A DNA stretch of 64,000 bases from Dicyema japonicum (lineage: Eukaryota > Animalia > Dicyemida): positions 1,594,111-1,658,110 of the forward strand of contig RDEW01000002.1 of the NCBI GenBank assembly GCA_011109175.1. The letters are read 5' to 3'. Positions 25,934 through 38,882 of this stretch are shown here, piece after piece. The first letter of the stretch is position 1; each line of letters begins with the position of its first letter. The notes below the pieces were generated by a model that saw only the letters and a list, made by a program, of their open reading frames with translations, ran no database searches and had not been told where the DNA came from. A program made the translations under genes and the position numbers.

Positions 25934-27512
25934 TGTCACATGGGCCAAGCGATACCTATGGGCAGCCTGTTACATTAACCTTGAACGAAGATTAACTTCA
26001 ATTAATTTTATAAATGATTTATTAACCACAAAAAATTAAATTTAAGTAACTTTTTTTAGTCTACTCATTAATACAGTCGATATTTCTCCTTTCGAATTTT
26101 TTATCTATCAAATTAATTATTTCTGCAACTGGATAATACTGAGACTCAAACTTTTCCAGTCGCAATGAGGGATTTGTTTCAAAGTCCTTTTTAGCCCGAA
26201 CGTATTTATTAATGTTTTTAATTCATACTTTATCTCCCATGTTAAAAGTATATTTACTATTATGAACATTCATTTTCCTGTTCATAGCTTTGTAATAATT
26301 AGAATTTTCTTCAATCGATTTAATTTCGAAATTGAATCTCTTCGCATTCGGACACAAATTATCTGACTGAGAATTATCTAGATATAAATTTTTTAAATCA
26401 AACTAAATGAATTTTCAATAGATTCTGGAGTCGAGCAATTAACCAAATCGTCAATTTGTTCTGTTATTTGACAACTTCCTCGTGATCGTCTGATTAAATT
26501 TTGACAATTCTTTGTGCTCGTGGATTGTTAAACCTTCCGTGAATTTACTTAATGTTAAAATCTTCGCAAAGTTTTGTTATTTCTTAATTTTTAAATTCAG
26601 AACCATTGCCTGACTGAAGAAATTTACATGGCCCATTCAGGCGGAACGAAGATCTTAAGTTTTCACATACTTCTCTACCAGACTTATTATAGAGTGGTCG
26701 TACAAAAGCGAATCTATAAATTAAAAAAAAAACCAACCTACTATATATGTCAATGACCGCTAAAATCGATTTGAAATTTTCATTTAATGTTGAAAATTTT
26801 TTCAGGTCTATTAGATCTACCTGAAAACGTTCATTTGGAGAAGAAGCAAACACATGGTGATTTATATCTCCAATCTACAATTATAAAAAATCACGAACTT
26901 TTGAAGGACGCGAAAATTTGCAGACTTCACAATTTCGAATGACTTTTCTGATAATCTCATTCTTTACAGTGAAGTATCTTTGTCGACATTCATACTCAAT
27001 TTTATTGACTCCTCCGTGTGAAAACTCGTGCAACGATTTCGCAACATGCTCCATTTCGGTTTCATTATTCAGGGATATGACTAACTTGGAATCAGTTGAT
27101 TTACAGTCTAAAATTATTGCAAATTTACAATACCTGTCATTGATAATGGAAAAATTCTATATCTTCTTTACAAGCCTATATTTTCGGTGCCTCGGAAGAT
27201 TTATGGAAAATTTATTATGCAAAGCATCTTTTAAAGATTGACATTCAGAGCAATCTTTCACAAAACACTTGTATTAAGCCATTGCAACAAAATAATTTTT
27301 CATGCTATAAATCACGCTAGAAATCTAGGTTTACCGCTATAAAAAATAAAAATTTTATAATCATAACATTTATAAATAAAAAACTAATTTAACAGGATTA
27401 AATCACGATATAAATCGGATATACAAAATTAAATGTCGGATAATCATAAGACCTTATCAAGGTTGAAAAAATGTAACAGACTGCCCTTGCGTTACGCGCA
27501 GCCCATGTGACA
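25934..27512 (-). mobile_element. Ginger2/TDD-like DNA transposon with retroviral-type integrase, bounded but decayed
   Basis: About 41-bp imperfect TIRs TGTCACATGGGC...GGCAG(C/T)CTGTTACA and a 5-bp TSD TATTT. HHCC finger LHEFSHGG...CEVC and rve core ERFQVDLID..AVIDIYSR|FAFVRPL..LQSGNGSEF. Two 24-nt introns at 26875-26898 and 26714-26737. Confidence 0.85.
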
Positions 27513-27775
27513 TATTTATACGTCTCCGCCTATGCGGCCTGGACAGTTCCGATGTATCCACACTCCATTNTGATAATTCTATTCAAATAAAATCGTTAGT
27601 AATGTCTTTGGATCGTTGATTGAAAAAATGAGGAAAGCCAAGAAGTGGATTGTTGATTAATAAAATATCCATAAAAACATTAAAATTGACACGTAAAAAT
27701 GAAAAGACCTGGTTACTATTGTAAAGGCAAAATATATTAATCATACTAATATTTTGAACTCCCATCTCACAAAAA

Positions 27776-27848
27776 CGACCACGGTGGGACTCGAACCCAA
27801 AATCGTCTGGTTCGAAGCCAGACGCCTTATCCATTAGGCCACGCGGCC
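27776..27848 (-). tRNA. trnR-TCG: tRNA-Arg (anticodon TCG)
   Basis: GGCCGCGTGGCCTAATGGATAAGGCGTCTGGCTTCGAACCAGACGATTTTGGGTTCGAGTCCCACCGTGGTCG is a 73-nt cloverleaf with A/B boxes, followed by a T5 Pol III terminator. Confidence 0.95.
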
Positions 27849-27999
27849 TTTAATTTTCTAATATTAATTCAGTCAGGAATGATATGGTCTCTTCAAATCA
27901 AATTTTACGAACCTATAAACAGATTGATTCTAGCAATATAATTCATTCTTATTGCTTCTTAATGGCAGAAACTCTAGTATTAACAAATGCTAACATGGT

Positions 28000-28775
28000 C
28001 GGAAATATTTAATTGATTATTTCCTCCACGTGACATTTTAAGTGATAATCTCTCGAGGGTATCCTTTGCAGCCTTGTATGCTCAATGTAAGCTCTTATGC
28101 TGTTTGTTATTTTTAGGAGATCTTTCAAAATTTAAATTATTTAAGTAAACACTGGTAATTAAGTTCAGGGTAAGTAATATTAATAATAGAGCTTTCCAAT
28201 TGACTTCTAACTAGAAACCGTACCCACGAAATCGATCAAACACAGTTTAATCTTTGAAATCCCAGATACTTTTATGCGGTTTTTGAAACCCCGAATATTA
28301 TCCTAAAGTTCCGCCGACCTCGCACATTTTCAATCTAATCACAGGGGAATCGACATACGAGGATTTCTCTCTTAGATAAGCTTCAAAGCAAATTCCCGTG
28401 AGATCCTAATTTTGGAGTCATACCATCTCTCTAAACTGTATAACATTCCATGAAGTATTACGGGGATAAAAACATTACAAAGGTCTCCGGCTCGAGCTTT
28501 AACTTTCTTCTACTTAACAGAGCGCTTGTGGCTTTTTGTAATCGTATTCTCCATAAATAAGGAGGCCAAGGTATTTCATAGACTTCTTCTGAGGTATGCC
28601 TTGTAAAGAGTTCTGTAGGTTAGTCATACTCCTGCTTCCAGTTGCACTTACCAACCAGTCTTCTCGACTGAGAGAAAGTTTCTATTGCACATTCTTAGAT
28701 CTGGTCCATGTCATCCATTACAATGTTAAACAATAGAGGACTGAGAACCGAGCCTTTAGAGACACCAATAACAAA
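28000..28775 (-). mobile_element. Degenerate non-LTR RT C-terminal fragment
   Basis: GVSKGSVLSPLLFNIVMDD and KYLGF motifs on the minus strand. Confidence 0.6.
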
Positions 28776-29728
28776 ATATCTAAGATAAAGTACTACAAAA
28801 TGCCAGCCCAAGAGTTAAAAGTGCAACAATACATTCGGCATTAAATTAAGCTTCGAGAACCCGTGAAACAGGATAAGGACTAAAGACAAAAAGTATTTTC
28901 ACAAAATGTGGATAAGTGACAGTTTGGGATCCTTTATGACAACTTGGGTTTTTTCAGGTTTCGCAATTTTTTCAGAAGCATGTTATTTCTCTTTTACCCA
29001 ATGTTTTAGACCCAGAATGACGCAATAACCTTAGACTATGGGGGATAACTCTCACTACATTCTTCTTTATGACAACTTGGGTTTTTTCAGGTTTCGCAAT
29101 TTTTTCAGAAGCATGTTATTTCTCTTTTACCCAATGTTTTAGACCCAGAATGACGCAATAACCTTAGACTATGGGGGATAACTCTCACTACATTCTTTGT
29201 GTCTGCAAAATACTGGTCACTCAATTTGATCGGTGGGGCAGAAAAGTCAGACCGGGAAAAATAAAAAGATGACTCTTTTTGGAGTTTTTGAAAGGCTTGA
29301 GAAGCAAAGTGACTATTCCGATTGTAGTTTTCCTTTTGTAAGGTGGGATGATGCCCACAGATGTCCCAGATGGACTCGGAGTTCCGTGGTAGAGTACTAT
29401 GTCTTCTATCGTTATTTAGTCTTAAGCCATGAAGAATCAATATCAGTGTATAGTAGAGTATAAAAGAGCAAAGTATAAGTAAGACCTGTTGATCCTCCTT
29501 CGTCTACCATAAATTTTTATTAATAAGCCCAAATCAGATTCCGGACTCTCTTAGTAGCGCCCTCACCATTTTCTGTATCTCTTGTTGGGCGATTCTACAC
29601 GTTGAATTAATTCGGCACTCGAATTCCTCACTACTATAGATTCATTAATAATTGAATTATAAAAATGATTTAATCATTATTTAAATTTAAATAATTTAAA
29701 TAAATAAAATTAAATCACATTTTAGTCA

Positions 29729-30212
29729 ATGCCTCCTGCTGTAGAATTTTTATTAACAGAATAGAAAAAACCAGACAAGAATGCCAAACCTAACGCCAAG
29801 GGCAATGTCAAGGGAGGGAAGAATCAGCAAAAGAATGCTAAAACTATGATGAACAAGCAGTCAGGACAGAGCAAAGTGAAGAAAAAGGTACATTCTGGCT
29901 AACTCCCCCACAGAAATGGAACAAGGGACAGATGAAGGAGAAGCTCAACAGCCAAATATTCTTTGAGGATCCCCAATATAAAAAATTCCTGAAGGAAGTC
30001 CCAAATATGAAGATAGTGACTCCATCTATGATTGCCGAGAAGTACAAGGTAACATCATCACTTGCGAGGACAGCCCTTAAGGACATGAATGCCAAAGGTT
30101 GTGAGTATTCTTTACTTAAGGACTCATTGATTTGGCCGTTAGTCATTCTTCCTTGAAGGTGTATAAAAGATTTGTGAAGGAAACTCATAAGGAAGCCGTT
30201 GAGGCTGCTTAG
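29729..30212 (+). CDS. RPS25: 40S ribosomal protein S25 (eS25), 3 mini-introns
   Basis: Introns 29741-29764 (24 nt), 29888-29913 (26 nt) and 30098-30120 (23 nt) give MPPAKKPDK...KKKKWNKGQMKEKLN...KEVPNMKIVTPSMIAEKYKVTSSLARTALKDMNAKGLIDLAVSHSSLKVY...EAA*. Confidence 0.95.
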
Positions 30213-30442
30213 TTAATGGTTTATTGGGATTTAGACCTTTTTGCTATAAAATTAACTGATTCTTGTATTTTGTTATATTTTGGTTGATGGAGTTACAGGG
30301 TTTTCAAGACTAAGTAAACAGTGCGTCACCTAATCCGAGAATTTTTAACATTTAGGCGAGAATTAAGCACACTTACTTTCCATGTGACTTGTAGCTCTAT
30401 ATATTTCATATCTACAGTGATCGCTAACTTTGTGGTTTTCTA

Positions 30443-31700
30443 ATGTCGGAGAAACTTACAAACGAAAATAGAAAAGTTATCATAAACATGTACATCAATG
30501 GTTTTCAAATCAAACATATTTTTTTAAAAAAACCTTGATGTTCCGCTAAACCAGTCGATCGGATCATTGCGTGATTCAAAAAATATGGAAAAATTCCTAC
30601 ATACGAAAGGAAGTACGTAAAGATAACTGACGAAATATCTAAATTCATAAGAGAAAGAGTGAATGAAGAATGTGATATTTCTTGTTCTAGATTTTATAAT
30701 GAAATATTTTTAAAAATGAGTATAAAAATATGGCTATTTATTACCACCTAAAAGGATTCAATTATACTTTAAAGAAAATTAAAATATTACCTGAACGAAG
30801 AATATCCGTAAATGTGAAAATCAGAGATTTGTATGCTCAGGAGTATATAAATATACTTGCATCTGAAACCAAGATATTTTTGTCGACGAGGTTAGATTTA
30901 ATATGTTTTTACTAGGTTGGAAATAACATTTTGTGAGACAACTATATACAATCTGTTAAAGGAAAAATTACTTTAGTGATTTTAAAGTTTAAGAAAAATC
31001 AGTGTTTTGCTGCTCAACAAATAAGATAGGAATAACTCTTAAAATTTTAACTAAGCCACATAATTCTGAACAGCAAGTATGGACGTATAGTAACCTTTAT
31101 GTTGATTCTGTAGAAGTGAGAACTGAATACACTTAATTAGTTTTTTACTTTAATTTCTTTTTCGGTGTATCCGGAGTTAATAAATAAATCAATTCTGAAA
31201 GTTTTGTGGGATGCATAAGTGACGATCAAGATTATTTCAAGTCTGACAAATATACTAGTCATGTGCAATTCACAAAAATAAGACGCAGCAATTCACAAAA
31301 ATAAAATTGCTGAAAGATTCTTAACTAATTAAAATCATTAATTCTGAAAGTTTTGTGGGATGCATAAGTGACGATCAAGATTATTTCAAGTCTGACAAAT
31401 ATACTAGTCATGTGCAATTCACAAAAATAAGACGCAGCAATTCACAAAAATAAAATTGCTGAAAGATTCTTAACTAATTAAAATTAACTGAGATTCCTAT
31501 ATTCACCTATGCTGAACCCAATAGAAAACATTTTTTCAAAATGGAAAAAACTAAGTATATTAAACATAAGAAGGAGGAAACTCTTATTGGCAATTGTAAG
31601 TGTTGACTGTGAATCATTTTATATGAAAATGATAAATGAAATCAGTAAATTAATTCATTATTTTATTAAATTATGGTTTTTGTTGTTTTTTTTAATTCTC
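30443..31700 (+). mobile_element. Degenerate Tc1/IS630-like transposase; 3' part duplicated at about 32115-32730
   Basis: HTH-like N-terminus, GFNYTLKKI..PERR and YSPMLNPIENIFSKWK (DDE_3 motif). Confidence 0.75.
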
Positions 31701-33006
31701 AATTGATGTGATGGATTCTCGTATTAATGCTAAAATTACTTGATGTGATAAATTCTCGGTGATGGGAAAGTGTTCTCACTTAGGCTTGAAGATCATGCAA
31801 ATTCATTGTTTTTATTTATCAATACAGCCGTTTTTATTTCATTTTTTAAATTATTCCTTGGTCAATTTTTAATCATTTTAATTCAGTCGTTGCGAACGAG
31901 TTTCCTCGGAGTATGGCTATTCCATTCTTTTGTCTTAGCCATAACCCTTCTCGTTGGTCCCTTTTCTTTCTGGCAAGCAATCCTCCGAGTTCTCGCAAGA
32001 ATTCAGCCGTCATTGGACCAACGGCTCCCGATGATTCGGTCGCAACAGGAGTAAATCGGTAGCGATCCCCGAGGCAAGAATATGGACCTCTTTTACCCTT
32101 TATGTTGATTCCAGATTGATTCTGTAGAAGTGAGAACTGAATATACTTAATTAGCTGTTTACTTTAATTTCTTTCTCGGTGTATCCGGAGTTTATAAATA
32201 AATTAATTCTGAAAGTTTTGTGGGATGCATAAGTGACGCTTAAGATTATTTCAAGTCTGACTAATATACTAGTCATGTGCAATTCACAAAAATAAAATTG
32301 CTGAAAGATTCTCAACTAATTAAAATCAACTGAAATGTCTATATTCACCTATGCTGAACCCAATAGAAAACATTTTTTCAAAATGGAAAAAACTAAGGAT
32401 ATTAAACATAAGAAGGAGGAAACTCTCTTATTGGCAATTGTAAGTGTTGACTGTGAATTATTTTATATGAAAATGATTAATGAAATCAGTAAATTAATTC
32501 ATTATTTTTTTAAATTATGGTTTTTGTTGTTTTTTTTAATTCTCGATTGATGTGATGGATTCTCGTATTAATGCTAAAATTACTTGATGTGATAAATTCT
32601 CGGTGATGGGAAAGTGTTCTCACTTAGGCTTGAAGATCATGCAAATTCATTGTTTTTATTTATTAATACAGCCGTTTTTATTTCATTTTTTAAATTATTC
32701 CTTGGTCAATTTTTAATCAGTTTAATTCAGTCGTTTTTAATTCATTTTTTAAACTTGTTGCAATTGGTGGTAAACACATTAGCTCCATATTTTAAAATAA
32801 TTTTAATGAACCATTTTTTAAAGTTTTCCGGTAGTAGTTTTGCTGTGTTTTTACAAAGTTATTCTTTTAATTAAATTAATCCAATGAAATAAAAAGCAGT
32901 TGATATTGGGATTGAAAGACCTGCTGCAAGTGTCTTCCAATCACCATCCATTTTGAACATATCAATTCGAGATTTAATAACTCCTCAGTTTTGTTTATTT
33001 TCTTGT

Positions 33007-36000
33007 TTTTTTCAATCCACAAAGCAAGCAATTTTCTTTATTCTTTTTTGATTCCCTTTCTGATTTTCTGAGCAATTTTTTGCTTTTCTGATTTTCATTC
33101 ATTCAAATCTACAGTTCTACAGTGAAGTTCTACAGAATAAATGGTTAAGAAAACAAACAACAAGAGACCTGTATTAAAACCAGTAAAAACCACTAAAGTG
33201 AAAAGATCAACTTGTCCTCCGAGAAGTGCTACTGCTGAATCATTCTCTCTAGAGAACAAGACTCCGCATAAGGCTGAATTTGTTAAACCAGCGAATGTCA
33301 TTACAAAATACGATCTTAAAGATATATCTAAATATACGGATGAACTAATGAAATCCGATCATTCAGAGAACAAGACTATATTAATTACAGTGAATTCTAC
33401 TATGAATGCAATTAAAATCGCAAATGTTTTACAATACTATGACCAATACGGATCTATGAGAATGAGCCACAGAGGACCGGGCTCTTTCCGACTGGATTTT
33501 CTGGAAACTCCCATGTGGCCATTTTTATAGAAGCGGTGAATGAGACCTGCCTCTTTGGTAATGACAATCACCATTTCAAGACGATCTCAACAAAACCATC
33601 TGAGATTGTCCTCAGGAACCTCCTTTTCTGGATAAAGGAGGACGACCTCTTGGACTACCTTCAGGAGATGGCTCCCTCAGTCACGAAAATTACCCGAATG
33701 ACCAGAGGATCGCAGGCCATGCCATTGGCGAAGGCCACGATCAATATGAAGTCGGAGAATACATCACTAATTAGATGTGGCTTCTACATCGGGACGAACA
33801 AGATTTCTTGCGAATGGATGCAAAGAGGACCACCAATCTGCTACAGTTGTCAGCAAATCGCCACTTTGCATACCAGTGCACGGGAAAGAAAAAATGCTTC
33901 CGTTGCGCAGGAGAACACGACACCACCAAGTGTGATGCGGATCCAACTCTTGAACGAAAATGTGTTAACTGCGGGTCAACAAGACACGGCGCAAGATACG
34001 AAGGATGCCCTGTATTCATGGAGGCCAGACGAAAGTTAAACTCCCGAATCGACAACAGACGGATATTATAACCAAGAAATTGGAACCACCAGCCCAAAAA
34101 AGGATAATTGGCCCAAGTACTAACAAATACGAAGCTGCACCTCCTCCGCGAGAGTCGGCCTGGCTACGGAAGGAAAAGTTATCAGGAAGTATTACAAAAG
34201 AACTAAAGGAAATAGTATCAAGACTGAAGGAACTAAGTAACATACTCGGTGTGGATTTACGCAATATGGTGGACCTGGCCATGGAGAGTCCGGGCCACCA
34301 ACAAGAAAATTGAAAAGAAACTTGAAGATAGTGCTGGTGAACGCCCGATCCCTAAAGAAGAGGCGTCATGACCTGGCACTACTACTATCGTCCACCAAGA
34401 TTGACATCCTGGTGGTCAACGAGACCAAAGTGAAAAAGACCAACAACACAATGCTAGAGGGATACAATTCTATAGAAATTCCATGGGTCGAAGGTGCAGA
34501 AGCTGGTACTGGAACCACATTGTTCTACAGTGAAGTTCTACAGATACGTGAGCCAAAAATTATTATGAATACACACTGTGAATTTGTTTCCGTCGAGGTG
34601 AGATGCTGCGGCAGTTGGATTCACTTCGGTGGAATGTATTCAAAAGACCTTAGAAAGTGTTCCACAGAAATTGAAGAATTCTTCACAAGAAATGATATGT
34701 CTATCCTAGTGGGTGATCTAAATGCCAAAAACATTGAATATGGATGCCTCGGTACTAACGATGATGGAATTAGACTAAGGAAATTGAGTGATAAAACTGG
34801 ATTTGAGATTTTGACATCGGAAAAACCGAATCATTACTCGCACTNCAAGAAATGATATGTCTATCCTAGTGGGTGATCTAAATGCCAAAAACATTGAATA
34901 TGGATGCCTCGGTACTAACGATGATGGAATTAGACTAAGGAAATTGAGTGATAAAACTGGATTTGAGATTTTGACATCGGAAAAACCTAATCATTACTCG
35001 CACTACGGGGGTGACATGCTTGGGGTGTTCCTGGTGTCACCATCACTCTACAGTTATGTAGAAAAGCCGATGATCATGTGGGACATCGGGAGTGATCATA
35101 TACCCCAAGAGATGTTATTGAACCTAGCTTCAGACTCCATGGACTCTGTGTTTACAGGTTACGACCTAACAAGAATAAACTGGGAACACTACAGAATGTA
35201 CATATCAAGAAACCTTAAACACTGGAAGATTAAAGATTATTCCCGAAGTGATATCGACATCATAGACAATGAACTCTTTATCATGATGGAGACATACTTA
35301 ATGCTTTACGCAAAAAGGAGATCCTCGAGTACTAATCATGGAAAGAGCATCAGTCTTTCGATTTCCACATTATCTTTGATCAATGAAAGGAATTGCCTGA
35401 GGACTAAACTCAGAAGATGCGTGGACTGGATAGACCGGATTGCACTGACCGAACAATTGAAGATAACCAAAAAAGCCATTGAAGAAGGAGTAAGACTATC
35501 TCAAGAACAATGTTTGAGGGTAGAGGCAAGCAAACTAAACACCAAAGACCCCTCGTTCTGGAAGTTCTACAAAAGAATAACTAGCCAGAAAAGGAATGAC
35601 ATAAAAATCTCCTTGACCAAGCCAGAAGGTGGACTGTGTTCTATGGAAGAAGCCCCAGATATTTTTAAGAAACAACAGGACCNNNNNNNNNNNNNNNNNN
35701 NNNNNNNNNCAAGACTATCTCAAGAACAATGTTTGAGGGTAGAGGCAAGCAAACTAAACACCAAAGACCCCTCGTTCTGGAAGTTCTACAAAAGAATAAC
35801 TAGCCAGAAAAGGAATGACATAAAAATCTCCTTGACCAAGCCAGAAGGTGGACTGTGTTCTATGGAAGAAGCCCCAGATATTTTTAAGAAACAACTGGAC
35901 CGTATTCAGGGGGTCAACCTGATGGAGCTTATTCCGAGGGAGACGTTAGATTCTTCACGTGAAATTTTAACCTACTGTTTGGACGATCTTAAAGATACTG

Positions 36001-37418
36001 AAATGAAAATAACTACGGATGAAGTCATGACTGCAATCATGAAATGCAAGGCTAACGCTCCTGGACTTGACCATCTAAGCATGAGATTGTTCAAGGAAGC
36101 CCCAGAGGATCTATTTCCCATACTGAAGAATTTATTCAATGCAAGCATTCATCATGGTCATGTCCCAAAACGCTGGAAATCTTCCATTGTCAGAATGATA
36201 CTGAAACCGGGAAAATCGAGGAGGGACCCTCTCAGCTATAGGCCAATAAGCCTCATCTGTTCGATCTTCAAGATTATCGAACGAATTATTTTCAGAAGGC
36301 TTAACGACCACATAGAAGAGAGTGGTTTCCTCCTCGCAGAACAATGGGGCTTCAGACCTGGAAAATCATGCACGGACTGTATCTACCAGATGCATTCAAC
36401 GGTATTGAGAGGTCTGGAAGTCAAAAGACTAGTCAATCTGGTATGTATGGATCTGTCCAAGGTTTTTGATAGTGTGTGGCACGAAGCACTCCTATCAAGG
36501 CTAGAAGCTGCTCAGATCCAAAAGAAACTTCTCATATGGATAAGGGATTTCCTAACAAGACGGATTTCCCAAGTACTTGTTGGAGCACATATTTCGAAAG
36601 ACATCATACTGAAGAGGGGAGTTTCTCAGAGTTCCGTCCTGAGCCCTTTGCTATTCAACATATTCCTATCTGATTTTCCAACTCCACCGGATATAAACAC
36701 AAGACTATTGATATACGCCGATGATATTCTGATCACAGATACATCTGGCAAATCAACTCTTTCTAACTCTTTCAGAGAAAAGAATCATGTCATTTATTGG
36801 ACAAGTTCAGGACTGGTGCACAAAAAGAGGGATGAGATTGTCTACGGAGAAATCCAGCTCTCTACGAGTAAGTCGCCTAAGGAGGCATCAGAAGCAGCCT
36901 TACTCACTAGAGATTCCTAAAGTAAACTCAATGCGGTACCTCGGGATAGCAATCAATGGGAATGGTTCCTTCATGGAGGACATAAGACGAAGAAGGAAGA
37001 AGGCGCTTCAAGCGCTCTTATGTACGAGAAAGTTGTTTGTAAGCCTGGAAACCTTCTTGTTCATCTTCATGAGGATCATCCTACCGGAACTGCTATATGG
37101 ATGCGAAGCATGGTTTTTCTTTTGCCAAAGAAAAAGAATAATGTTTCTCATGGACAAAACCAGAAGGTCGGCAATAAAGTTGGCTTTAGGAAAAAGGCTC
37201 TGGGATGCTCTCAGTACTGAAGAAGACATGATTCTAACTCATGTTAAAAACATTATAGAGAAAAGAATCAATGGGATCCGACGATAGAAGATAACTAAAT
37301 GGAGTGTGGATACATCGGAAGTGTCCAGGCCGCATAGGCGGACATGTTTAAATATCCTAAAAATAACTCCTTACTTACTTTGAAATAAATTTGGTTTGGT
37401 TTGGTTTGGTTGGTTTTG
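33007..37418 (+). mobile_element. Near full-length Jockey/I-like LINE (ORF1 with 3 zinc knuckles; ORF2 APE-RT), frameshifted
   Basis: ORF1 pieces: CYSCQQ..HFAYQC, CFRCAGEHDTTKC and CVNCGSTRHGARYEGC. ORF2: NARSL, NETK, GDLNA, GSDH, SYRPISL, QWGFRPG and YADD. (TTTGG)n tail; candidate TSD ATTTTCTTGT at 32997-33006 and 37419-37428. Confidence 0.9.
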
Positions 37419-38569
37419 ATTTTCTTGTGTCTTAACCACTGCCGTAAAACATTATAACTACATAAATTTAAAGCAATAATATAAAAACTATTAAAACTTT
37501 AAAAAATCTGAAATTTAGTAAATTCTCATTAAGAATGGAACAATTCTCATTTTGAATGTGAAATTGTAGATGTTAGCTACACCATGTAACGTGTTGGTTA
37601 CTGTAGTCTATTTTGGCTGTGGGATCGATTTCCACAGTTGATTCACCTAACTTGGGAGATATCCAATACCTAGACGGTATCCAAAGAGGATCCCTCTCTT
37701 CTTTATTCCAGTTTATAAATTTTTACAATGAGGATGATGTCAACGGACGTGATGGTAGGAAAGGATAGATTGGAAATTTGGATATGTTGATGTGTTGATG
37801 TTAGACTTTTTGTATGTGGATATTTTTGGTAAAGGCCTATGGTGGTGACGGTTAAGGGTTTCTTGTATTTTAATTGCTTTTTGTCCTCTTGTTTTTTTAC
37901 AATATCAGTCAAAAAGTCAATGTGAGAGTTCAGGGCCACAAACTTATGCCTACTGAACCCCTCACCAAAGGATATCTGTCTTCCTTAATTGAGTAATCGC
38001 AGCACTCCGATTTTTGAAGATCCGTTATTTTATTTCCTGTAGTTCAATAATATCATAAAGTTTATGCATATTTTTCGGAGTTTTGTAATCGAAGGAACGT
38101 GATAATTTAACAAAACTTTTTATATTTATTTAACTCTAAGACCACAATAAAGATAAATCAAAACTAACTAATTAGGTGATCCCAGCTTCCAACAAAATCC
38201 GAACTCTTTTCGTCTGGTCTTCTGATGACCCAGCTTCATTCCGGAAGCGCCTTCTCTTCTTTCTTCAAAGGAATTCAATCGGCGTGCACTTTTTAATAAC
38301 CTACCAAAATTCCTCTGCATGGGGCACCTTTTCCTTGAATGGGTTCCCCAGTTCCTTGCAGGAACGTAGAAAACCCTGGCCATTCTTCAACATCGCATCA
38401 TCAGAAACGAGGTCGCCAATGGGGATGTCCGTGTAGTGCATAATTTTTTTGCCTGAGGGAGTTCAAACGATCTACTCTCGAAGAGGGAATCGCAAATCTT
38501 AGACCTTGTTGGCATTCTGTTTGATGTATTTTTTTATTAAGATGTTGATCGATGTAGTATTGTTTAGAT

Positions 38570-38882
38570 CAGAGGTTCTCTTCCTTTTTTTACTCGTCGA
38601 CCCTTGACTTTTTTTCGACCCCCCTAATATTTAATTGACCCTTTAAAACTTTTTATTTAGAACAGACGATTTTAAGTAAAATTAGTTAATTATCTAAAAT
38701 GAATTCATTGTTAATAATCAAATCAAACAAAAAAAGCATATACTCGATGTTATGTTGGTATTTTAGCAAAAATCTATAATAAAAAAATTAAATGTATAAA
38801 TTTATTTTCGACCCCCTTACGATCGATCTGGATTGATTTTAGAACCCTGGGGGTCGAATCGACCCCAGGTTGAGAACCGCTG
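38570..38882. mobile_element. hAT (Charlie-type) MITE, 313 bp
   Basis: TIRs CAGAGGTTCTC / GAGAACCGCTG; perfect 8-bp TSD GTTTAGAT at 38562-38569 and 38883-38890; subterminal hairpin CCTGGGGGTCGAATCGACCCCAGG. Confidence 0.92.

Noticed and set aside
27583-27834. ORF MDKASGFEPDDFGFESHRGR
   Set aside because: It is a spurious translation of the tRNA-Arg gene.
29844-30188. Antisense and shadow ORFs over RPS25, MBOAT, GCP6, DDX39B and the LINEs (e.g. 3267-3518, 16879-17223, 39941-40336, 62266-62679)
   Set aside because: They are opposite-strand shadows of identified coding sequence.
34690-35900. Duplicated segments in LINE ORF2 across n/N (also 9185, 22222, 42736, 50317-50349, 59112)
   Set aside because: Near-exact overlaps on both sides of a scaffold joint indicate unmerged contig ends, not domain duplication.
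37290-37350. Possible self-cleaving ribozyme in the LINE 3' UTR, and CTGATGA cores elsewhere
   Set aside because: No complete hammerhead or HDV fold could be built by hand, and the CTGATGA hits I noticed lie in coding or TE sequence.
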